DNA of 64,000 nt from a virus, in the IMG/VR virus record IMGVR_UViG_3300036715_003363. The stretch is one strand, 5' to 3'. Position 1 is the stretch's first letter. Each line of letters begins with the position of its first letter. The translations under genes were made by a program, and so were the position numbers. This document shows positions 56,545 to 64,000 of the stretch, piece by piece. The notes beneath the pieces were generated by a model. It had not been told where the DNA came from. It searched no databases and saw nothing but the letters and a program-made list of their open reading frames with translations.

Positions 56545-57183
56545 TTAATATTTAATGCAGTATAGTAAAGCAATGTTACTCGGGCGAGTTTCCACGTCAC
56601 CAGTACTTGCAATACTAACACCTGTCGTTGCAGCATTTGTCGCTGGAATATTCTGTACGTTATATCCTGCCTGATTACTTACAGAAAAGGCACTTCCTCC
56701 TCCCCACGCATTTGGACTTAAACTGTGAGCGTGACCAGGATCAATAACGCCGTGAGTGTGGCTCGCAAGTGTATCAGTTTGTAGTGCACCGAAAGTTCCA
56801 GAGGATGTTCCGTCAGAATTTGTGCCATAACCACGAACAAAGTATCCTCTTAAGTCTGGGATTGTTCCAGCGACGCCAAATGAAGTTCCAACTATAGCAT
56901 ACAAGCTACTGAAGTTAGCTGTGATTCCTTGCACTGTACCAGTTCCGTTCGGAACAACCACTCCATTAGCTAATAGCCATCCCGTGGGTTGAGTTTGCTG
57001 CACAAAAGCCTGGATTGCTCCGGCTGGAATTCCTATTACGGCTAGCGTTGCAAGAAGAGCTGCAATTTGTGATTGATTATCACATTCTGCGGCTGCTAGA
57101 GTATTAAAATTTGCATTAATCGTTGCAAGAGAATTTCCAACACATTCAGTCGCTTGGATTGTTGTTACTGTTGGACAAGACAT
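56545..57183 (-). CDS. tail collar domain fibre protein (CIGDS family)
   Basis: IPAGAI..F......GWLLANG...LYAIVGTSFG...PDLRGYFVRG...SHTH...ETRPSNIALLYCIKY. Confidence 0.85.
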   Translation of the reverse strand: MSCPTVTTIQATECVGNSLATINANFNTLAAAECDNQSQIAALLATLAVIGIPAGAIQAFVQQTQPTGWLLANGVVVPNGTGTVQGITANFSSLYAIVGTSFGVAGTIPDLRGYFVRGYGTNSDGTSSGTFGALQTDTLASHTHGVIDPGHAHSLSPNAWGGGSAFSVSNQAGYNVQNIPATNAATTGVSIASTGDVETRPSNIALLYCIKY

Positions 57184-57210
57184 TGTATTATACTTTATTT
57201 ATGGATTAAT

Positions 57211-58617
57211 TTATCCAATACAACTCGGATCGAAATATTTTATTAGAGTGCTATAGTTTGCCCATAGATAACCGAGTATTCTATTTATTACAGCGGCAGA
57301 CACAATCTCATTCTGTCCGATTATTATTAGGTCCTTTGAATATGTTGGGCCAACATAAGCTGCGCATGCATTCGATCCAAAAAACACAGTATGTCTCATA
57401 ATTTCAATATTGTCCCACACGCGCTGAAACGCTCTATTATATACCCAGTTCTGTACATACTCTTCTTTGTTTATAAGTATTGCTTGGAGAGGCCAATAAA
57501 TGCTTGGTAAATCTCCTTTTGTTTTGTTTAATATCATTCTATCAACACTTTTATAAATTTTATCACCAAAGGGCACAATAAGATTTCTAAATTCATCATG
57601 AAAAGCGCAAGATGCGCCACTCAGCCCAACAACACCATTTATTGCGCTTCCTGCAAAAACACCACTCTTAAAAAACCTCAATACAGTTGAATCAAATGTT
57701 ACATACAAAATTTCTTTGTTGTGGTTTGTCGTTATTTTTTTTGGTGTTTGTGAAATATTATAAAATGAATATCTCGTTAAATAGGATCCTTTTTGATCGT
57801 ATACGAATATTCCGTTAGTAGTTAATATGTGTGCATTTAAACTTGAGTCAACTGCACAACTAATAGGTGGAGACGAAAGTGTAAAATGTATATCGTCAAC
57901 AATTGTTAAAATCCATGTACCTGTTGATGTAAACTTTTTTACGCAAGCATTTCCTGTATCACATATCCATACATTATCATTAGAGTCAATGTGCAAATCA
58001 TTCGGTGAATTAAATCCTGTTTTAGAGCTTTTGCCGCCAAATCCGCCCCAGTTAGTGAATAGACTCCATGATGTTGAGTCTAAGCTATTTTCGTTGTAAT
58101 CAAATCCAGCGACTGCATTAAGAGCTCTATCAACAACATACACGCGTCCCGTAGAATCAAGACTAATCGCGCGAAGGTCTTGGAAAGTAAATATTGAATT
58201 GTATACATTGTTTTCATCAAAAAACGTTGCTTCATAGTCTGATGAAAGAAGTTTAATTTTTGTCTGTGTAGTGCAATATAATATGTTGCTTGCGCTATAT
58301 ACACTTGTAATTTCGCATGACGATCTTGAAATCGCTCCTATGTTAATATTATTCCAATATGTATCAATCCCTGGGATATTGACATTCCAAGTTGTTGTGT
58401 TGCAAACACTTGTAATATTTTGATTGCACGGTTGAAGAGATAAATTCCAAGTTGTTTGAAGTGCATTATTTTGTCTTACTTTATACCACGTAATTTGATC
58501 ACGTGAATTAGAACTTCTTCTGCTTTTCCAGCTCCATTCTTGACAATATTGACCGAGGCATGTCGGATTAGTGACAGAGCTTTCACAAGTAAAATCATTC
58601 CACGCTATATTTGACAT
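57211..58617 (-). CDS. NHL-repeat beta-propeller virion protein
   Basis: RAISLDSTGRVYVVD and FNSPNDLHIDSNDNVWICDTGN..VKKF. Confidence 0.75.
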   Translation of the reverse strand: MSNIAWNDFTCESSVTNPTCLGQYCQEWSWKSRRSSNSRDQITWYKVRQNNALQTTWNLSLQPCNQNITSVCNTTTWNVNIPGIDTYWNNINIGAISRSSCEITSVYSASNILYCTTQTKIKLLSSDYEATFFDENNVYNSIFTFQDLRAISLDSTGRVYVVDRALNAVAGFDYNENSLDSTSWSLFTNWGGFGGKSSKTGFNSPNDLHIDSNDNVWICDTGNACVKKFTSTGTWILTIVDDIHFTLSSPPISCAVDSSLNAHILTTNGIFVYDQKGSYLTRYSFYNISQTPKKITTNHNKEILYVTFDSTVLRFFKSGVFAGSAINGVVGLSGASCAFHDEFRNLIVPFGDKIYKSVDRMILNKTKGDLPSIYWPLQAILINKEEYVQNWVYNRAFQRVWDNIEIMRHTVFFGSNACAAYVGPTYSKDLIIIGQNEIVSAAVINRILGYLWANYSTLIKYFDPSCIG

Positions 58618-58625
58618 TATATTAT

Positions 58626-60944
58626 TTAACAGGCTAGCTTATTCCAATTAGGAGCCGAACCAGGATTAATTGTGCAATCCATATCATTCCATGTTTTAAT
58701 AAGCTGTGATGAATTTGATGTATTAAACGTTGATACATTTCCAAGCCATCCGACAGATATTGAAGGAGAGCTGTCGTACATCATTCTGCGTTCGTTTAAA
58801 TAGTCTAGATTCGCACAGAACTTCTGAATTACTGAATTAATATTATCGTCTACAACACTATCATTGCTTGCAACTTTAATTGGATCTGTGTATGGCATTA
58901 AGAGAGGTGTTGTTTTTGTAATAAATTTTGATTCATCAACATCGTCATAACTCGAAACTACATATACAATATTATCGATTTTCTTAGACACTACATTATT
59001 TCCATTAATTTCTACTCCGCTAAGAATAAGAGATTTATATCCCGGAGTATTATAAGTGTAGTAGAAGTCTGAAACAGATAAAAGGTTTATGGAGTTTGTA
59101 TCGTCAAAGTAAACAGTGAGGTTCTGAAGATTGGAGAAATTATTTGTAAGATTTTGAAATTTAATTGAGCTGCCTGTCAATACAACATAGTTAGGAGTAA
59201 ATATTTTTATGCCTGGAGCTCCAAAAATATTTAGCGAACTTGACGCTGTTGTAACAGTACTCTTATTTTGCCAGTCATATGGAGCCGCGCTAATACTACA
59301 TGTTGTTGATACCTGAGCTTGAAGTGTTACCGTTGTAAGCGGTATATTATCAATTGTAAATATATTGCCGTTGTAAGGTTGTATTAGTTCAAGATTATAA
59401 GGATATACTGCTCCTGCAATTGTAGTTGATGACCAGTCTGGTGATACTAACGACCATGTCGTCGCAGAGTTAATGCATTGAACTGGCGATGTCGCAACTG
59501 CTGATAGAGCTCCTTCTAATCTCCATTTTTTTGGAAACGCTCCGGAGAGTGCAACTGTTCCCCAGCTGGATGGATGCGGATTGAGTGTTATTGCTGATCC
59601 GTAACTATTAAAAGTTTTCCAAACCCATACAATTCCATACTTATCATAATATGGATTTATAGTTTGGGACTGTCCTCCTCCTGCAACACTGAGTTTCGCA
59701 GAATAATTACTAGTCACATTAAGAGCTTGAAATATGTTTGTATTTCCGTTAGTTCCTGCATTAAAACTATATACAGTGCCTTCGTAAGGAATAACACTAA
59801 GACTTTGATTTAATGTTGAGCCAGACAGAGGATTTCCAGAAACGTCAATAGTAGATGAATAATACGGATAAAATAATAAAGCTCCAGACCTGTCGTCATA
59901 ATACTTTGTTGGAGCGGAACTTAATACTGCTGAGTTGCTGACAAACAAAGATATTGGATAAACCGGATAGCTTCCAATTTTTGATGTAACGTCGATTGTA
60001 TTTGTTGATGATAGAAGAGTATTTTTTGCTGATAGACCTGCAAGAGACCATATATATCTTGCTGTTGAGTCATTAATGTTTTTTGCTGAAAGATTAATTG
60101 TCTCAGTGTGTCCTTCACCGTAGAAATAAACGCCGTTACTTTGACTTTGAGCGCCGCCGGATAGAATTGTCTGCACGGATCCATTGTTAAAAACTATCGT
60201 TGGATATACAATAAAATTCGCTTGAGGAAACGAACTTATAAAAATTGCACTCATACTAAAAGGATATGTATGAGCAGTCCAAAAACTTGATAAACTATTG
60301 ATTGCAGATATTGCAGAAACAGTCATACTAACTGAACACACCGTCGGAAAAGTTGCATTGAAACTCGACACTGAGCTAAATGCTGTTAGCCGCGTGCTAT
60401 TTACACTAAGATTTATATTGTAGTAGTTAGATGATAGGGACGTAGTTGAAACACCATCGACGATACATGATAGTTTTACTGGATAAGTTGCACACAACGT
60501 TCTATAGAAAGAATTACTATTATTTGTATTTTCGTAATTTACAAAGAGAGTGTTGTTAAGAATTGGAAAGCTGTCTGCTGTAACTGCTGTTATAGAGGTA
60601 GAGGTTGAAAAATTAAAAATCGATCCTGATAGAGAAACATTATATAGTGAGTAAGATGATATTTGAGGATAATATGTAGGGGTTGTAAAATTGACAACAA
60701 TAGGGTTTAAACTACTAGCAAGACCAGTTAGGGTTGATGTATATGATTTGTTATTACCTGTAAGCAACGTTGTAAATACGCCGAAATCAGCCGAACTATT
60801 CCAACTTATAGGAATATTTCCTGTTACCTGCACATATGTAGTTGATACACTCGGATTCCACAAAAGCGTGGCCGTTAAAGAGCGCGTAAAAGGCGCGGTA
60901 TTAAAGGCATTAATTTGAACAAGAGCGCTGCTTAATAGTGACAT
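58626..60944 (-). CDS. S/T-rich structural protein with PKD-like domain
   Basis: 772 aa; FQNLT...YFDD...YTYNTPGYKSL is PKD-like; TAAATA 7 nt upstream. Confidence 0.6.
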   Translation of the reverse strand: MSLLSSALVQINAFNTAPFTRSLTATLLWNPSVSTTYVQVTGNIPISWNSSADFGVFTTLLTGNNKSYTSTLTGLASSLNPIVVNFTTPTYYPQISSYSLYNVSLSGSIFNFSTSTSITAVTADSFPILNNTLFVNYENTNNSNSFYRTLCATYPVKLSCIVDGVSTTSLSSNYYNINLSVNSTRLTAFSSVSSFNATFPTVCSVSMTVSAISAINSLSSFWTAHTYPFSMSAIFISSFPQANFIVYPTIVFNNGSVQTILSGGAQSQSNGVYFYGEGHTETINLSAKNINDSTARYIWSLAGLSAKNTLLSSTNTIDVTSKIGSYPVYPISLFVSNSAVLSSAPTKYYDDRSGALLFYPYYSSTIDVSGNPLSGSTLNQSLSVIPYEGTVYSFNAGTNGNTNIFQALNVTSNYSAKLSVAGGGQSQTINPYYDKYGIVWVWKTFNSYGSAITLNPHPSSWGTVALSGAFPKKWRLEGALSAVATSPVQCINSATTWSLVSPDWSSTTIAGAVYPYNLELIQPYNGNIFTIDNIPLTTVTLQAQVSTTCSISAAPYDWQNKSTVTTASSSLNIFGAPGIKIFTPNYVVLTGSSIKFQNLTNNFSNLQNLTVYFDDTNSINLLSVSDFYYTYNTPGYKSLILSGVEINGNNVVSKKIDNIVYVVSSYDDVDESKFITKTTPLLMPYTDPIKVASNDSVVDDNINSVIQKFCANLDYLNERRMMYDSSPSISVGWLGNVSTFNTSNSSQLIKTWNDMDCTINPGSAPNWNKLAC

Positions 60945-60954
60945 CTATTGTTAT

Positions 60955-63396
60955 TTAGTTAATCCATTCAATAGAAAGGAGCTCAGTGTATGCTGGTTTT
61001 GTGCGTTGTATAATATCTTTAATGTGTGTTTCAATTATTCCTCGCGTTGTTAGGTCTGTAATTTGAGTGCCTGACATCTTAATACGAAAAAAAATGCTTT
61101 TTGCGCCCGGCATTTTATTTTTAAAGAATTTTTCAATTTGCTCAATATATTGAATGTCAGCTGTTTGAATGTTCCACACTAAATCAACGCCCAATACTTT
61201 AGCATTAATAAAATAACGAAGAAAATTTTGACTAATAGGATAGTCGTATATTCTTATATCTCCGATATAACCGTTAAAGATGCATGATTTTGAATTTATT
61301 TCAGTATTAAAATTTGTTGATCTTCCGCAAGGAGTACCAATATATAGATTATTTTTACGAGTGTAAGATAAATCCATATTTCCTGGCAGCTCCAGAGATG
61401 AGCGTAATATATCGTTGATATACAATTTTGCAGCACGGCTTGAATATACAACTACAACTACGTACCAAGTGTTATTAACAAGATATTGAACAGGAACTGA
61501 TAACACTTCTTGAATAAGAGGTGATCCTAAAACTCCGGTGGTCGCAGAAAATTTAAACTGTATCTGAGGATTATTGTTATATTTTAGACTGTTGTTAATT
61601 CTACTCCATTCATATCCTGTAAAATCTCCCTGCCCAGTAAAAGTGAAATTTACTGAATCTTGAATCGCGTCTTGCACAATGTTTGAACTTGTATTGATTA
61701 TAATAGATTTCTGTGTCACTCCATTAAGGTCAACATAATATAAGATTTTGTCTGTGTCATAGTACATTACAGAGTACCACGAAGATGTATTTGCATCTCT
61801 GTTGTATATTTTTACAAAACTTATATTTTTTATATTTTGAACAGGATTTCCTACAGTGAAAGATTTAATAATTTGTAGGGTGATTCCGTTAACAACTGTG
61901 ATATTGTTAGTATTGGATACAATCCATATATTATTGTCTGGGCTTATTACAATCCTTTGTGCATCTGGCGTTATATCACTTCTCACTTTATCATTAACTG
62001 AAACATCTCCGGCGATGTTAACAGTCCATTTATTATTGTTTGAATCGAATACAAGATCGTTTACATTTGTCTGTTGCACAAGAGTACCCGTCATGTCGTA
62101 GGCAATTTGAGTGCCTGACAGTATTCCGGAACTAACTGTCGATAGTAAAATTAAGTCTTTAGAAAAGGTATATGTATTTGTTGTTGTAAATACATTTATA
62201 TTATTGTCTGTATCAATAATAAACTGAGGAGACTGCCCCTGAATAATAACAACGCTGTTATCACTTCTTGATGGGTATGCAACAGCATCGCCAGTATGAG
62301 TATACTTAGTTAATGTGTTCTGTGCACTATTACTGGAGTCAACAGTTGAGTCAAGAACGTATACATCTCTTTCTTCGTTAAGTGAAATCTGTATTGGATT
62401 GCTATTTGAATAAACACCTGTTTTAGTGCTTAGATCGAGGAAATTTTTATGCTCTTGATTAAAAAATAATACGTGCCCGTACGTATTCTCAGGAACTATC
62501 ACGAAGGGGTAATACTCAAGATTATTAAAGAATATACCATAACCGCCTTGAAAATTATTTCCTACTATTTGAGAACTTGTTGCATTACTCCAGTCACTAT
62601 GTTTTATATTTACTGCAAGAGTAAATTGTTGGTCCATATTATAGCTCTTATCATATAAAACTTTAGCATTAATAAAATCTGTGTTATTAAGATTTAAATA
62701 GTTACTTGATACATAGTTGGGATCTGTTTCCCATGAGGACCACGGCTGTATAAAGTTAGATATTGATCCAGTATTGCCGTATATTGACTCATCCAATAAA
62801 GCTGATCCGTAGGAGCTAATTTTGAGTCTTAGTCTATCTTTATTATCTCCAGCAAAGGTGTCGCATATTGCAGCTGCACTACTTTCACCTTGATGAAAAT
62901 ATTGATAAAGAACTCCTGGCTCAAGAGTCATTTGTGTTGGAACATCAACAAAAGCAGGATCACTTTTTGCGTAATCTGAAAACGTCGCTGTGCCCTGAAG
63001 GGCCTGCTGATAGCTTAATACACCTGGATTGTAGTATCTATCAAGCCACTGTGGTGTTTCACCTGTTAAAGAACAGAACCAGCTACATAGCCATGTACCG
63101 TCCTGAACATTAGTGTTATGTCCCCACGGTGTGTGAGAGCCGTAATTACCCTGCTTCTTAAAAATTCTATCAGATGCAGCTGGAATCGGACCAGGGATAG
63201 CTCCATCAGCTAGGAGATTACTTGATCCGAGGCTGTTTATTGTAGTAAAAAACGGAACATGAAAAAAAGATGTTGAGTCCTTGTTAAATGTGTATTCTGT
63301 AGTGTTGGCATTATATCCGAGGTGAATATTTTCGTTTCCTTCACTTTGATTTGAACCTGAAAAGATTCTATAATATTTTCGTTGTTGAAGGCTCAT
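60955..63396 (-). CDS. LamG/ConA-like domain protein with propeller insertion
   Basis: FTLAVNIK...GGYGIF and WYVVVVVY...KLYIND...LYIG...FNGYIGDIRIYD flank propeller-like repeats. Confidence 0.65.
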   Translation of the reverse strand: MSLQQRKYYRIFSGSNQSEGNENIHLGYNANTTEYTFNKDSTSFFHVPFFTTINSLGSSNLLADGAIPGPIPAASDRIFKKQGNYGSHTPWGHNTNVQDGTWLCSWFCSLTGETPQWLDRYYNPGVLSYQQALQGTATFSDYAKSDPAFVDVPTQMTLEPGVLYQYFHQGESSAAAICDTFAGDNKDRLRLKISSYGSALLDESIYGNTGSISNFIQPWSSWETDPNYVSSNYLNLNNTDFINAKVLYDKSYNMDQQFTLAVNIKHSDWSNATSSQIVGNNFQGGYGIFFNNLEYYPFVIVPENTYGHVLFFNQEHKNFLDLSTKTGVYSNSNPIQISLNEERDVYVLDSTVDSSNSAQNTLTKYTHTGDAVAYPSRSDNSVVIIQGQSPQFIIDTDNNINVFTTTNTYTFSKDLILLSTVSSGILSGTQIAYDMTGTLVQQTNVNDLVFDSNNNKWTVNIAGDVSVNDKVRSDITPDAQRIVISPDNNIWIVSNTNNITVVNGITLQIIKSFTVGNPVQNIKNISFVKIYNRDANTSSWYSVMYYDTDKILYYVDLNGVTQKSIIINTSSNIVQDAIQDSVNFTFTGQGDFTGYEWSRINNSLKYNNNPQIQFKFSATTGVLGSPLIQEVLSVPVQYLVNNTWYVVVVVYSSRAAKLYINDILRSSLELPGNMDLSYTRKNNLYIGTPCGRSTNFNTEINSKSCIFNGYIGDIRIYDYPISQNFLRYFINAKVLGVDLVWNIQTADIQYIEQIEKFFKNKMPGAKSIFFRIKMSGTQITDLTTRGIIETHIKDIIQRTKPAYTELLSIEWIN

Positions 63397-64000
63397 TAGT
63401 TTGAAGTTATGGAATTTGCAATATAGCTGTTATCTACTGGAGCTGGGCCGCCAGCTGGAGTGTATGATGTTTTAAGACTAGCAATATTTATATAAGCTTT
63501 TCCTGTGTTAATTGCCTCTTCGTAGGGAAAATCAATTAGATAGTTAATTTGCTGATCATCTATTTTTTTATTAATAGTAAGATCGCTGTTGTGAGATCCA
63601 TCCTGTGAGTCAAGATAGTATGTTACCCAGCAGTTGTTAGGAACGTAATCATATTCTATATTTTTATTTGTTACATTATTTATATTAAACACGTAATCAT
63701 TATAACTAGTTGATACAAGATTGAGGCCTGTAGCTCGTAAGATATTATCCGAACTAAAAGCAAGATACCTAAATCCATCAACTGTGTTTGTTCCTAATGT
63801 GGCATTTTGTGCTGTTCCAGTATAATAAAAAATCTGCCTATAGAGATCATCACCTTGTAAGGGTCTCACACTAGCACGAACTAGGTATGGATATGAAGCA
63901 TCAACTTGAAGATAGTAGCTTCCAATTAATAAATTACATTGCCCGTTATCACCTATCGGATTAACGAATATATTATCTCCATTAAGTGCAAGAGTTATAA
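63396..64000 (-). CDS. 3' part of a structural gene extending beyond the window
   Basis: The frame of the 63396-63869 ORF stays open to the window end (ITLALNGDNIFVNPIG...RASVRPLQG), so GTG 63869 is probably not the true start. Confidence 0.7.
   Translation of the reverse strand, partial: ITLALNGDNIFVNPIGDNGQCNLLIGSYYLQVDASYPYLVRASVRPLQGDDLYRQIFYYTGTAQNATLGTNTVDGFRYLAFSSDNILRATGLNLVSTSYNDYVFNINNVTNKNIEYDYVPNNCWVTYYLDSQDGSHNSDLTINKKIDDQQINYLIDFPYEEAINTGKAYINIASLKTSYTPAGGPAPVDNSYIANSITSN

Noticed and set aside
75-63113. Numerous 60-170-aa shadow ORFs overlapping real genes
   Set aside because: They lie antisense or out of frame to well-supported genes, with no motifs and no promoter or coupling signal.

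Overview
This is a 64-kb, AT-rich, gene-dense segment of a large T4-like myovirus genome. All family assignments come from motifs recognised by eye; no database search was run. Plus strand 0.7-39 kb: baseplate (gp25, gp6, two very large wedge/appendage proteins), portal gp20, repeat-rich fibre genes, neck gp13, a Hef-like endonuclease, gp4, head genes gp21/gp22/gp23, an HNH plus methyltransferase cassette, small fibres and a two-part gp5-like spike. Middle 39-54 kb: phoH, nucleotide-processing enzymes, a lysis cassette (u-spanin-like lipoprotein, holin candidates, GH46-like endolysin), RNase H and many small ORFs. Minus strand 54-64 kb: neck gp14 and further appendage proteins. I found no tRNA, CRISPR array, intron, intein or reverse transcriptase. 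The most striking signal is regulatory. About 21 genes have TAAATA or TAAGTA only 4-8 nt before the start codon, and several sigma70-like promoters sit 6-8 nt before ATG. Shine-Dalgarno motifs are essentially absent, which suggests largely leaderless translation. Other highlights are a translationally coupled HNH-methyltransferase pair sharing an IS3-like HTH, a foreign depolymerase cassette flanked by 72-nt repeat arrays, an RlpA-like domain inside the gp5 OB-fold, and a four-member fibre family sharing a CIGDS docking module.
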